Shown: positions 1 to 17,232 of the stretch, in pieces
Layout of the letters: every line of letters starts with the position of its first letter
Numbering within the stretch: the first letter of the stretch is position 1
Assembly: GCF_009914755.1 (NCBI RefSeq)
Contig: NC_060946.1
Direction: 5' to 3' (one strand)
Source: the human T2T-CHM13v2.0 reference genome, Homo sapiens
DNA: 64,000 bases
Made by a program: the position numbers and the translations under genes
The notes under the pieces: model-generated
What the model saw: the letters and a program-made list of their open reading frames with translations, nothing else
Told to the model about the DNA's origin: nothing
The model's database searches: none

Positions 1-710
1 CTAGTCTCAAGTTACTCCATCATGGTAAGACTAATTTAACTTTTTATAAATACAAGGTTTGCATGATAAAGGCTATTATAGCCTACTTCATAAATTAATA
101 CATTGCATTCTGCGGGCAGTGTTTTGCACCATTTGTCCTGGCTTAGCTGATATTCATGTTCTAATTGTTCATTACAGGATTTTGTGTAAATAAATAAATG
201 TTTAGCCTTTGTAATGGGATTGTTAATAGTACCCTGGATCTGCTACTTTACCAATTGCTCCCTAATGCCTACAGTTGATTGCCAACACTATCTCACTGCC
301 CCCTGTAACTGCAGTAGTTTGAGCTTTAAGATACAATGTCACTAATTATGGATTATTCTGTTCTTGTTCTACAATATCCCAATATCTTCAGCAAAGGATT
401 CTGTATTGGCTCCCACCAGCTGGTATTTACTAGAATGTGGAAATAATTCAAACAGGAGGACTGTGCTTTTGAAAACCTGCTTTAACATTAGAAGAGGAAA
501 AGTGATTGTAAATGGCTATTTTTCATGTAAGGGAGGGATTAAATTTTCATATCTATTGTTTAAAGAAATCTGTAGCCAAAGGTGTCTGTTTTTAGTTGGG
601 TCATTGTTTAGGACTATAGACTTCAGTTTTGTATTCTTAGTAATATTAACCCCTTCACCTCCCCTGATAACCCAAGAAAAGATCCTTCGTATAAGATTTT
701 AAAAATTGCA

Positions 711-865
711 CCAGAGGAGCCAAGTGGCTCATGCCTGTAGTCCCAGCTACTCACTACTTGGCAGGCTGAGGTGGGAGTATTGCTTCACCCCAGGAGTTCA
801 AGGCCCAAGGCCAGCCTGGGCAACACAGGGAGAACGCGTCTCTTAAAAACAAACAAACAAAAAAA
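711..865 (+). mobile_element. Alu monomer (FLAM/FAM-like)
   Basis: Monomer with an A-rich tail; TSD-like aaaattgcac. Confidence 0.8.
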
Positions 866-1391
866 TTGCACTGGGATTTGCATTAAAAGTTGCAATACAT
901 ACCTAGTATGTTTTCTAATCATAATGTGCAATTTTAAAAAAAAGTGTAATTTTTATCTGCCTTCTAATTTGAGCCTTTATTGTTCACCAGTAGGTTTATT
1001 TCACTGGAACAAGTCTTTGTGCCATATTTGGCATCACCAAAGGAATAGTGCCAGTATTTATTGACAAATGAGGACAAATAGTTTTTCCACATTCTATTGC
1101 CATCATTGTTACTAGGTAAACAATAGAAGCTTATAAAAATATTGTGCATTTAATACCTTTTTGGTTTCCTTTTATACTTGTCAAAAGTCATTTATACATA
1201 AATTGACATACTGTGTCCATGATATGTATGGATAAGTAAGATCTTTTTGTAGCTTGAATATCTTATGAGTAAATAGCATTTCCTAACTATTAAATGGGAT
1301 TTGAATAGCTGTCAAGGGATTACTTGATACAGAGAAGTTGCTAATTTATTTTGAAATTGTAAAATACATTTTCCCCTCTGAAATCACGAAA

Positions 1392-1519
1392 TGCCTCATA
1401 TTGCTAATGCAGTGAGTTTAAGTGTTTAATTTAGAAAAAATTAGTAACTGCTGGTTGCCTCATAGTGCTAATGCGGTGAGTTTAAGTGTTTAATTTAGAA
1501 AAAATTAGTAACTGCTGGT
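1392..1519. repeat. Tandem duplication, 2 x 64 bp
   Basis: tgcctcata...taactgctggt occurs twice with 2 mismatches. Confidence 0.95.
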
Positions 1520-2279
1520 GTTATTTGGCATGAGATGAACCTGGAAGGGAAGTGTTGAGGGGCATCATCTGTACTTGGCACTGTTTAGAACTTTCTTTAG
1601 AGGTGTATAGTGCTTTCTTACACTAATATTCCAGTGTATGCCTGAATAGCACTTTTCTTCTTGTACTGAAAAATAAGTCCATGGTGTTAAGCAGGCATCT
1701 CTAAAGTGGCCATCTGATTTAAAATAGCTTCCATAAGTTTTAATTAATTTTGCATGTTTTAGTTTCTCTTTTTGATAGCAGGTAGTAGCTCTCTGAAGCA
1801 TTCCTTCTGCCTTGAAACATCTTTCTTTTTCATATATTTGCCGTTTTCCTTTGTGAGACTTAGGCTTATAATACAATAAATATTTAAGTGCCACCTATTT
1901 ACTAGGCACTGTTAGGTTATAGGCTCTGTAGATGTAGTGGTGAACAAGATCTCCGTTGTTACTCAGTTTGTAGACTATGAAGGAAAAGGAGTAAGGGTTG
2001 GAGAATTACTCATGTATTAAATATATGTTGCTTTTTGGAGGCAAATGAATAAAATATTTAGAATGGTTAAGATAGTCTTCTGCTTTCTTTGGATTCACTA
2101 GGGGTTTTATCATAATCTGTCTCATATCATTTCATATGTTAAAAGGGAATTTTAATGAAATACGTTACTACTGGTTGTGGATTCTAAAAGGTAGAAGGAC
2201 AAAATATTATTTGCCTTTAAGAATACAAAGAAAGGATTGTCTGTTTGTATGGTTAGTTGAATTGTCTTATTTCCTATTT

Positions 2280-2407
2280 ATTTATTTTTTATTGCTGAGA
2301 TCTCACTTTGTTGCTCAGGGTGATTTTTAACTCATGGCCTCAAGTGATCTCCTGCCTTGGCCTCCCAAAATGCTGGAATTACAGGCCTGAGCCATTTCAC
2401 CCCAGCC
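2280..2407 (-). mobile_element. Alu left monomer (FLAM_C-like)
   Basis: Alu consensus motifs. Confidence 0.85.
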
Positions 2408-2898
2408 TATTTCTTATTCTCCCTACAAGGGACATTTTAGTGTAAGGCAAAAATATAAAATTATCACTCATAATGTTTTTTCGGAAAATATATGACTGCA
2501 TGGTTTTGTAGTTTTCTTAGCAGTCACTGGGTCATTAAGTTACCTCGTTTTTTGCTTCTTGTTCTTCCTTTTTTCTGGGGGAAAAAGTTTTCTCTAGGTC
2601 TCATCTCTCAATTCTTTAGCAAGGCATATTTTTATTCATCATACCATAACTATATACATACTTAAAAGTAAATGACATTTTGTCTTACCATGGATTTCTC
2701 ACGTATCTGGTGAAGTGGTTTAAACTGTCCAATTTTATGTGCATTGAAAGCAAAAGCTAGCTGAGAAAGGAAAGCTTTTCTCATCAAAGAGGTTGAAATT
2801 ACTGTCGTAAAACAGTGATAAATACCAGATAAGATATGTGATCCTTGAAGTTTAATAAATATTTTTGGACTGTTAATTTATATTCACTTTTGGGCATG

Positions 2899-3189
2899 TT
2901 TTTTTTGAGACATGGTCTCTATAGCCCAGGATGGAGTGCAGTCATGTAATCATGGCTCATTGCAGCCTCAGCCTCCTGGGCTCAAGCGATCTTCCCACTT
3001 CAGCCTCCTCAGTAGCTAAGACTACAGGCATGTGCCACCATGCCTAGCTAATAAAAAAAAAAAAAGTTTTGTAGAGATGGAGTCTCACTGTATTGCTCAG
3101 GCTAGTCTTGAACTCCTGAGCTCAAGCAGTCCTCCTGCCTCACCTTCCCATAGTGTTGGGATTAGAGGCATGAGCCACTGCACCCAGCC
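2899..3189 (-). mobile_element. AluJ
   Basis: Dimeric Alu with J-type diagnostics. Confidence 0.9.
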
Positions 3190-3323
3190 TGGTTTTAATC
3201 TTTAGGAAATATTTTTCTAGGTTAAACTCAACACAGTATAAGTATTTTTACATGTATTTCAGAATCTAAATTTATTAGGATACTGGCTGATGACTTACAT
3301 GCTTTTATTATTAAGATTTAGGT

Positions 3324-3604
<281 letters not shown>

Positions 3605-4114
3605 TTAGGCAATTTGCTTTAAAAATTAGATAACTCATGAACTCGTTGGTTATTCCTTATTAGCTAAAAAAAATTATTAGACCACTGTATATTATGCTAA
3701 TTAAATGACTCATTTCTGCTAGTTAAACCATCTGTAATAGGCTACAGAACACATTTTGCTGGAGTATGTAAAACTAAGCCCACCAGGAAACTTATGGCTA
3801 AAATTAAACAGAATCCTGCTAACCTTGTGTGTGTATTCAATTTTGGTACCTGAAAGAATTTGTGGTATTTAGAATATTTGAATGTTATGTTATATTTGTT
3901 TGGATGTTCATATTTTATATTTACATGACAAAAAGGATATGGTTGCTATTTAAACTTTTTGGATGGTAGGAAAATAATCTTAGGCACAGGAAATCATGAC
4001 AAGACCAGTGTTGTAGAACTATTATGGATAAAGCTTTTTTTTTAACTTTATGTATAAGTAATTCTCTAGAGCAGAAATTACTCAAGCTTTCAGTGTATAA
4101 ATTGCATGTGGACT

Positions 4115-4169
4115 AAAGATTGATACTGACCAAATATAAAAGATTGATACTGACCAAATATAAAAGATT
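4115..4169. repeat. Perfect tandem duplication, 24-bp unit
   Basis: aaagattgatactgaccaaatata x2 plus aaagatt. Confidence 0.95.
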
Positions 4170-4414
4170 TTGCTGCTTCTCCTAATTTTCTTGTACCTTT
4201 TGATATTCTTTGAAGATACCTAATGGTTATTTAATTTCTTCAGGTTTTACTAAATTTTGTTCATTCTAAAGACTTTTAAAAAGCTTACACATCTAATATG
4301 TCAGAGCTATGACAAAAATGCCAGGTTTTTTTTAGGGGGTGGTGGGGGTGGCGGGGGTGGTCCTGTAATAATGCTACAGTATCTTGATGGACATCCTGTT
4401 AATACTTTGGGGAA

Positions 4415-4825
4415 TGTGTTTGTTTTGTATTGCTGTGAAGGAATACCCAAGGCTGGGTAGTTTATAAAGAAAATAGTTTTATTTGGCTCAAAGTTCTGCA
4501 GGCTGTACAAGAAGCATGGCACCAGTATCTGCTTCTAGTGGGGCCTCAGGAAGCTTCCAGTCACGTTGGAAGGTGAAGGGGGAACAGGCGTGTCATGTGG
4601 CGAGGGGCAGCAAAAGAGAGAGGAGAAGGTGCTAGGCTCTTTTTAAACAACCAGTTCTCACGTGAACTAATAGAGCGAGAACTTGCTTATTACCGAGGGG
4701 AGGGCACCAAGCCATATTAGGGATGTGCCCTCATAACCAGATATCTTCCACTAGGCGCCACCTCCAACGTTTGGGATCACATTTCACCATGAGATTTGGA
4801 GGGGACAAATATCTAAACCACGTCA
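4415..4825 (-). mobile_element. MaLR solo LTR, MSTB-like
   Basis: Matches the reverse complement of the MST consensus (ggctgtacaagaagcatggcaccag...gagatttggaggggacaaatatctaaaccacgtca). Confidence 0.85.
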
Positions 4826-5202
4826 AGGAGTTTCTTTTGGGAGAGCTTAGGATCTTATTACTTTTTAATGGATGATTGATTTATTTTCTGAAATTCCTAT
4901 TTTACTGTGTCTTTTTGAATTGTACAGTTTTCTGGCATTTAAATACTTTCATATTTGTTGTGCATTGGTTACCACCATCCTTCTCTAGAACTTTTTCATC
5001 TTTCTCAATTGAAACTCTGTACTTACTAAACACTAACTCCCCATTCAATCCTCTTCCTAGTCCTTGGCAATTACCATTCTATTTTCTATCTTTGTGAATT
5101 TAACTACCGTACATACCTCCATATAAGTGAAATAATATAATATTTGACCTTCTATGACTGGCTTATTTCACTTAACATAATGTCTTTAAGGTACATCCAT
5201 GT

Positions 5203-5680
<478 letters not shown>

Positions 5681-6252
5681 TGTATCATGTCTTTTAAAGA
5701 CTGAAAAATACTCCATCGTGTGTAGACTCTACATTTTGTTTATCCATTTATCTGTTGATGGACAGTTGAGTTGCTTCTGCTTTTTGGCTGTTGTGAATAA
5801 TTCTCCTATGAATGTTGGTGTACAAATATCTGTTTAAGTACCTGCTTTTACTTCTTGTGGGTATATACCTAGAATTGGAATTATTTTTGTTTACCCATTT
5901 ATCCATTGATGGACAGTTGGGTTGCTTCTACTTTTTAGCTATTGTGAAGAATGCTCCTATGAACATTGGTGTACACGTATCTGTGTATATCTGTATATCA
6001 AGTCTCTGCTTTTACTCCTTTTGGGTATATACCGAGAAGTGGAATTACTGGATCATATGGTCATTCTGTGTGTTAATTTTTTGAGAAATCTCTATTTTCT
6101 ACAGTAGCTGTACCATTTTACATTCCTACCAGCAATGCACAAGGATCCACACAACCCAGCCAGCACTTAAAAAAAATTTAAAATAGCCATCATAATGGGT
6201 GTGAAGTAGTATCTAATTGTAGTTTTGACTCACATTTCCCTAGTGACTAGTG

Positions 6253-6865
6253 TTTTTTTTTTTTTTTTGAGACTGGGTCTCACTCTGTCACCCAGACTGG
6301 AGTGCGGTGGGGTGATCAGGGCTCATTGCAGGCTCAATCGGTTCTCCCACCTTAGCCTCCAGAGTGGCTGAGACCACAGGTGCACACTACCACATCCAGC
6401 CAATTTTTTTTTTTTTTTTTTGAGACGGAGTCTTGCTCTATTGCCCAGGCTGGGGTGCAGTGGCGCCATCTCGGCTCACTGCAAGCTCCGCCTCCTGGGT
6501 TCACGCCATTCTCCTGCCTCAGCCTCCTGAGTAGCTGGGACTACAGGTGCGTGTCACCACTCCCAGCTAATTTTTTGTAGTTTTTTTTTTTATTTTTATT
6601 TTTTATTTTTTTTTTAGTGGAGACGGGGTTTCACCATGTTAGCCAGGATGGTCTCAATCTCCTGGCCTTGTGATCCACCCTCCTCGGCCTCTCAAAGTGC
6701 TGGGATTACAGGTGTGAGCCACTGTGCCCAGCTTGTATTTTTTTTATGTAGACATAGGGTTTTGCCATGTTTCCCAGGCTGGTCCCAAACTCCTGGGCTT
6801 AAGTGATCTGCCACCTTGGCCTCCCAAAGTGCTGGGACTGCAGGGGTGAGCCATTGCACTTGGCC
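6253..6865 (-). mobile_element. AluJ with an AluY-like copy (6403-6732) nested in its middle linker
   Basis: The two J arms are separated by a complete younger Alu. Confidence 0.88.
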
Positions 6866-6941
6866 AACTAGGGATGTTGAGTATCTTTTCTTGTATGTAT
6901 TGGCCTTTTGTGCTTCTTTGGAACAATGTCTGTTCAAGTCT

Positions 6942-7230
6942 TTATTAGTTTTCTCAGGCTACCATAACAAAATATCACACTCTGGGTGGCTTAAACAACA
7001 GAAATAAGTCTGGCAGGGTTTGATTTTTGGTGATGGCTCTCTTCCTAGAGTGAGGTCTCTGGTGTCTTGTCTTTTAAGCACACTAATCCTATTGGATCAA
7101 GGATCCATCTGCATGACCTTATTTAACCTTAATTACGTCTTACAGGTGTAATTAAGGCCCTGTCTTCAAATACAGTCATATCAGGGGTTAGGGTTTCAAC
7201 ATTTCAATTTCAAGGGGCCAAAAAGCCCAT
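6942..7230 (-). mobile_element. MaLR LTR remnant, MLT1A-like, nested in L1
   Basis: Motifs ggctaccataacaaaatatcac...gggtggcttaaacaacagaaat...ggggttagggtttcaacat. Confidence 0.75.
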
Positions 7231-8398
7231 ATTCAAAGCCCTTTGCCTACTTGTGAATTGGATTGGTTTTTGTTCTTGAGTTGTAAAAATATATTCTAAA
7301 CATTCCTTAACAGATATGTAATTTGCAGGTATTTTCTCCATTCTGTGAGTTGCCTTTTGTACTCTGTTGATAGTGCCCTTTGGTGCACAAAAGATTTTCA
7401 TTTGGATAAAGTTAGCTTTTTCTTTCTTAGCCTGTACTTTTGGTGTCTTATCCAAGAAATCATTGCCAAATGCTATGTCATGAAGCTTTTCCCCTGTTTT
7501 CTTCTAAGAGTCTTACAGTTTTAGCTCTTATAGTTAGGTCTTTGATCCATTTGAGTTAATTTTTAAATTAACTCATGTTAATTAAAAACAGTTAATTACA
7601 TATAGTCTAAAATAAAGGTCCAGCTTCATTGTTTTGCTTATGGATATCCAGTTTTCTCAATACCACTCATTGAAAAGACTGTCCTTTTCCCATTGCATGG
7701 TCTTGGTATCCTTGTTGAAAATCATTTGACCATATATGTAAGTGTTTATTTCTGGGCTGTCTGCTTTATTCTGTTGGCCTATATGTCTATTTTTATGCCA
7801 GTTTCCTCACTGTTTTGTTTACTGCAGCTTTGTAGTAAGTTTTGCAGTCAGTTAGTGTGAGTTCTTCAACATTGTTCTTTTCAAGTTCACTTTGGCTATT
7901 CGGGGTTCTTTGAAATTCCGTGTGAATTTTAGACTGAATTTTTCTATTTCTGCATAAAATGCCATTGGGATTTTAATAGGGATTGCATTAAATCTGTAGA
8001 TCACTTTGGGTAGTATTGACATCTTCACAATATAAAGTCTTCCAATCCATGAACACATGATATTTTTTCATTTATTTGTGTATTCTTTAATTTATTTTAG
8101 TAGTGATTTGTAGTTTTCAGTATAATAGTCTTTTGCTTCCTTGGTTAAGTTTATTTCTAAGTAATTCTTTTTTATGCTATTGTAAATGGAATTTGTTAAT
8201 TTCTTTTTTTGGCTTGTTCATTGTTAGTGTATATGTATATTTTTTGTATCTTGAACCAAGAATAGAATTGCTAGATTTGACAGTTTATAATTAATTTGGC
8301 TGTCCATACTAATATTGATAATAGATATAATTGTCTAAGTAATAGGCTTTTAAAATGTTTGGCATGAAATAATTTGAGAAGCATTTCCCCTTTAAATT

Positions 8399-8694
8399 TA
8401 TTTTATTTTTTTGGAGACAGAGCAAACTCTGTCACCCAGGCTAGAGTGCAGTAGCACAATTACTGCTCACTGTAGCTGGCTCCTCCGAGGCTCAGGGGAT
8501 CCTCCCACCTTATCCTCCCCAGTAGCTGGGACCAGAGGTGTGCATCACTATGCCTGGCTAGTTTTACTGTTTTTTGTAGAGATGGAGTCTGACTATGTTA
8601 GTCAGATCGGTCTCACACTCCTGGGCTCAAGCAGTCCTCCTGCCTCAGCCTCCCAAAGTATTGGGATTACAGGTGTGAGCTGCTGCTCCCAGCC
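8399..8694 (-). mobile_element. AluJ
   Basis: Diverged dimeric Alu. Confidence 0.88.
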
Positions 8695-8934
8695 TGAATT
8701 TTTTGACGTCAGTGTTAATTTGTGTGTGCTATGTTCTGTCTGGATATATTGGACTGGTAGCTTGCAAACAGCCTAACCCTTGGAGATAAGTTGATTTTAA
8801 ATTAAGAGTAATTGTAGTGGATAATTGCAGAGGCTCTTAAAAGAGTAAATTTCATTTTAAAAAGAAGGAACCAGGAGTAAGAATGTAAAAATAATACCTA
8901 CCTTTTTATTTGTTTTCTTTAAAAAAAAAAAAAA

Positions 8935-10900
<1,966 letters not shown>

Positions 10901-11301
10901 ATTTTTGTTTTAAATTCTTGTTTTTTTATTTTAATTTCGAGGTGTTTAGCCGGTACTTCTGTTCTTAGTGGTAGTGGTAGAGGTTTATCAAAAAAGAGAA
11001 CTCAAATACTGATGGCCTTTCTAAAGCAGTGTGCATGCAATAAGGTGCATGCATTGGGCACAGCAACACTTGTGAGAAATGATAGTAACATTCCTTGGAT
11101 GGAGACTCTTTAAGGGAGGAAAATGTATTATATTAGTTTCTTGTTTGCATCAGCACCTCCTGGAATTAATTTTCAGTATACAAGTAGGTGAAGAAATGCT
11201 CCTTTTAAAATACCTTTTTCTTTTTTTAAAATTTTTACCACAATCATGACTACATATCCTTGTAAAATATTAAAATGTAATGCTAAAATCTCTAGCCTTT
11301 G

Positions 11302-11522
11302 TTTTTTTTTTTTTTTTTTTGAGACGACGTCTTGCTTTGTCGCCCCCACAGAAGTACAGTGGCATGATCTCAGGTCACTGCAAACTCCACCTCCTGGGTT
11401 CAAGCGATTCTCCTGCCTCAGCCACCCAAGTAGCTGGGACTACAGGCGCAAACCACCACGCCTGTCTAGCCATCATTTTTAATCCCGTTCTTTTCTCATC
11501 GTCTGTACGGGTAATCACTACA

Positions 11523-11553
<31 letters not shown>

Positions 11554-11834
11554 GACAAAGTCTTGCTCTTGTCCCCCAGGCTGGAGTACGATGGCATGAT
11601 CTCTCTGGTCACTGCCGCCTCCGCCTCCTGGGTAGTGATTCTCCTGCTTCAGCCTCCCTAGTAGCTGGGGTTGCAGGCGCCTGCCACCACGTCCAGATAA
11701 TGTTTGTATTTTTAGTAGAGACGGGGTTTCATCATATTGGCCATGTTGGTCTCGAACTCCTGACCTCAGGTGATCCGCTGGCCTTGGTCTCCCAAAGTGG
11801 TGGGATTACAGGCATGAGCCACTGTGCCTGGCCA
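11302..11834 (-). mobile_element. Alu right arm (11302-11471) and AluS (11523-11834)
   Basis: Alu consensus motifs with poly-T tails. Confidence 0.9.
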
Positions 11835-12035
11835 CATTTTTTTTCTTTTAGGCTTTCCCCCCAGTGCCCTTATGTATGTATGTACCACCAAATGATATGT
11901 AGCTTTCTTTTTTTCTCTTTCTTCTTTTTAAATATGCTGTACATTTACTCTATATATTTTTCCCCAATTGATGGATGGTTAGGCTGTTTCTAGTTTTTTG
12001 TTTTTACAACCTGTTGGTGTGAAGTTTAAAAAAAA

Positions 12036-12175
12036 TTTTTTTTTAAGTTTTTTTAAAATAGAGACGAAGTCTCGGCATGTTGCCTAGGCTGATCCTGAAC
12101 TCCTGGGCTCAAGTGATCCACCCTCCTTGGCCACCCAAAGTGCTAGGATTACAGGTGTGAGCCACCACTCCTGGC
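12036..12175 (-). mobile_element. Alu left monomer
   Basis: Alu consensus motifs. Confidence 0.85.
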
Positions 12176-12334
12176 TCAAAGTTTTTAAAACATGCCTCAG
12201 GGAATATGTGCGCCGACTTTGTTGAAATATATCAAGGGAAGTAGAGTTACTTGGCTATATGGAATACGTAGTAGTAGTCGTAGTATATTGTCAAGGTACT
12301 CTTCAAAGTAGCTTTAGCAGTTTTACCATTATCA

Positions 12335-12665
<331 letters not shown>

Positions 12666-12774
12666 TCATTTTTCCACCAGTGCCAGTACTTGAAATTAAG
12701 CAACATCTTACTTTTCTGCCAATCTTTTTGATGGAAAACAGTTTCTTTATTGTTTTAATTTTCATTTTTTCTGA

Positions 12775-13173
<399 letters not shown>

Positions 13174-13489
13174 TCATAGAAGGTTTTTAAAATGGAAATG
13201 CTCAACTCTTTTTAGATTATTATTCTAACACTTACTGGGAAGGTCTGAATTTTGACTGAACTGTTTATAGCATTGGACAAGTGTTTGAGAGGTGTGAGGG
13301 GTGTGTGGAGAGTACAGCAGGTAAGAAGAGCCCTAGTAACTGTGGACAGCACATAGATTGGGTTCCAGACACATAGTCTTTGAATTTTTGTCTTTCAGTT
13401 GAATCAGTTCAGTGAATTCCTTTCATACTATTTGATTTCCAGATAATTTTTTAAAGCCTTAGGAGTGTGTTTGTATAATATTTTTGCTT

Positions 13490-13740
13490 TTGAAAGTCAA
13501 TTAAGGTAAATTGTCTACAACAAAATTCACTTCGTATATTTTGGAAAATATATACAGTTATAAAATCACCACCTGATTAATATGTAGAATATTTCCATTA
13601 CTGCAAAAAGAATTCCAGGTACCCTTTGGCCATTAATTCTCTCTACTGCTCAGTGAACCACTGATCATATCTCCATCACTATAGGTTAGTTTTGCCTCTT
13701 GTAGGATTTAATATAAATGGTCATCCCAGATCTTTTATGT
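13490..13740 (-). mobile_element. L1M 3'UTR fragment
   Basis: Degenerate L1 3'-end motifs (tagaatatttccattac...aaccactgatc...ttagttttgcct). Confidence 0.6.
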
Positions 13741-13786
13741 AGACTTCCAAACCTAGCATTATATTCACATTAATAATATGAACTTG

Positions 13787-14406
<620 letters not shown>

Positions 14407-14774
14407 CTAACTTTGAGAGTGGTTGGTTTAAAAATCTTGAATTTCTCTATAGTTGAGAATTGTTTCTGAATTGATTTGGCAACTTTATGTCACTATTTAA
14501 TAAGTAAAACTTTTTGTGTTAAATTCTGCAGTGGAAATACTGACACAACAAGGTTAACAGTACTTGAATCTCTGAAATGAGATATAGTCAGTGGAAGGAA
14601 GACAGTAGTTTAATCTACCCCTTTTTCCATACTTGCCTCTTAAATGTTAGTTTCATGGTACTGTTAATCATTATATACAATGACTTTTGGTTGTTCTGTA
14701 CATACATATATTGCTTTGAACAAAGGAGGACAACATCCAAAGTGATAATAGTATTTAGTTTCTGCCAAAGCTGT

Positions 14775-15073
14775 TTTTTTGTTTTATTTTGTTTTGTTTT
14801 TGAGACAGAGTCTCACTCTGTCGCCCAGGCTGGAGTGCAATGGCATGATCACTGCAACTTCCGCCTCCTGGGTTCAAGCGATTCTTCTGCCTCAGCCTCC
14901 CAAGTAGCTGGGACTATGGGCGCGTGCCCTCATGCCCAGCTAACTTTTGTATTTTTAGTAGAGATGGGGTTCCACCATATTGACCAGGCTGTTCTTGAAC
15001 TCCTGACCTCGTGATCCGCCTGCCTTGGCCTTCCAAAGTGTTGGGATTACAGGCATGAGCCACCACACCTGGC
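14775..15073 (-). mobile_element. AluS
   Basis: TSD tgccaaagct. Confidence 0.92.
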
Positions 15074-16306
15074 TGCCAAAGCTATGTTTTAAAAAAATAA
15101 TTTTCTATTTCCGTAGTCCTCCTAGAAGGGGAGAGAGAATCCTTTTTTTTTTTTTTTTTAAAGCAGATTAAGACCATTGGAGGGAAGGAGTATGTCTAAC
15201 CTGATTTTTAGCCCTTTTTTGTAAGACAGCAATGTCACGGATTTATCAAGATTTCATGTTATTTGGTAGGAACTCCTGACAGCCAGCTCTTTATTCTTCT
15301 TTGCACATGTGCATTGATTTCACTGTACACCTTCTCAAAATTCTGGAATGGTTTATTCTTTTGAAAAAATTCCCATCTCAGAGATACACTAATGTTGATC
15401 AGGATTATAAGGACAGGTTATAAATCTGAATGCTATTGTAATTTGTTTCAGTCTATTACATTGTAGATTTTTGACTTGAACCAGTGAGTTCTCTAAGTGC
15501 TTCTCTTTTGTTCTCTTAATTATAAAAATTGAGATGTAATACACGTATAAGGTATAGTAACCCTAAATTAAAGCCTGGCAGCTTTTTAGATATGTATAGA
15601 CCCATGTAACTACACCCATATTAATATACAGAACATTTATAGCTCTCTCCCTACTAAGGTTCCCTTCCATCCTTTCTTAGGCACTACATACTGTGAGATA
15701 ATCACTGTCTTGTCATCTGTCCCCAGAGTGCTTTCATTTTTGTTTTTGGTTTCATAGTTAAAGTTCTTTTCAAAATGTTCCTTTTTTTGGTGGAAATTTA
15801 ACAGGGTACTAAATTGGTATAACTAACTTATTAGTAAAGTTATAATCAAAGATTGCTGGGAAGGCACGGAAGTGATCAAGACTAATTATGATTCAGATGA
15901 TTAATAGTATCATTCAGAGATAGTCTTATGCAGCATTCCTCATGGTCAGAGTACTTTACCTGGGACTAGAGTACAACATTTTTTAAAAAAATGTGGATTT
16001 TGCCATAAGGAAAATAATGAAAAAGCAAAAGGATAATGAACTGATGTGATGAATGTTCATGTACCTACGACCTAATTTAACAAATATTTATCCCTGTCAT
16101 AGTTCAGATTTTAAAAACTAACTTTGCTATGTTATGTGAAAATAATAATAGTTATAGAAATAATATAAGGAACTCTCAATGTTCTTCACCAATTGTTTAC
16201 ATTTTGTTTCATGTGCTTTATTATTTCTCCCTTTCTCCATATTTTTTCCCTGAATCATTTTAGAGTAAGTTGGAAGCACTGTGCCCCTTTGCCTCTAAAT
16301 ACTTGA

Positions 16307-16610
<304 letters not shown>

Positions 16611-17094
16611 GAGAGTTTATTTCTTGAGAATAAGGACATTATCTTTTTTTTTTCTTTTTATTATCCAGGCAAAAAAAACTGTGAAGAATGTTATTTTATA
16701 TAACCACAGACAATCTTTCATGGGTTTTTATAGATTAATTTTGAGGATGCTTTTATATCCAAGTTCTTGGATACACATCACAGTTGGCAAAATATTTCTC
16801 GTGCTATCTCAGATTTGTATACCATCAGAATTTTTAGTATATTTTTAATCTTCTTAACTAAATGCAAATGTAGCTTATTTTACTATCGGTCAAGTTATTT
16901 TAAAATTTGAGAATTAAAATGCATCTTGCTGGCTTCATTTGTATTTCACTGGGTGGTTGTCACCAGGTATGCTCTCTTCCATTATCTTCACATAATTTTT
17001 GAACTGAGAGGTACTAATCAGACTTTAGTCATCAATGATAGTCTTGTTCTTTGCACATAAAGATGATAGTGTAAACCCAACAGAGCAGTTCTGT

Positions 17095-17232
17095 GTTTTT
17101 TTTTTTTTTTTTTTAGGAGACTGGGTCTCACTGTGTTGCCCAGTCTAGACTTGTACTCCTGGACTCAAGCCATCCTTCTGCCCCAGCCTCCCAAGTAGCT
17201 GGGACCACAGGTGTGCACCATTGTGCCTGGCT
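17095..17232 (-). mobile_element. Alu monomer
   Basis: Poly-T plus a monomer body. Confidence 0.8.

Noticed and set aside
364-702. 112-aa ORF in non-repeat DNA
   Set aside because: Non-ATG start, AT-rich codon content, no recognisable homology and no splice support.
7210-8058. Minus-strand ORFs resembling a reverse-transcriptase protein C-terminus
   Set aside because: These are broken L1 ORF2 remnants of an old element, not a gene or an active transposon.
11280-11993. Longest ORF in the track (237 aa)
   Set aside because: It is read-through of two antisense Alus and poly-T tails with typical Alu translation, and it starts without exon context. The same applies to the many LSPRLECSG and AQAGVQW ORFs.
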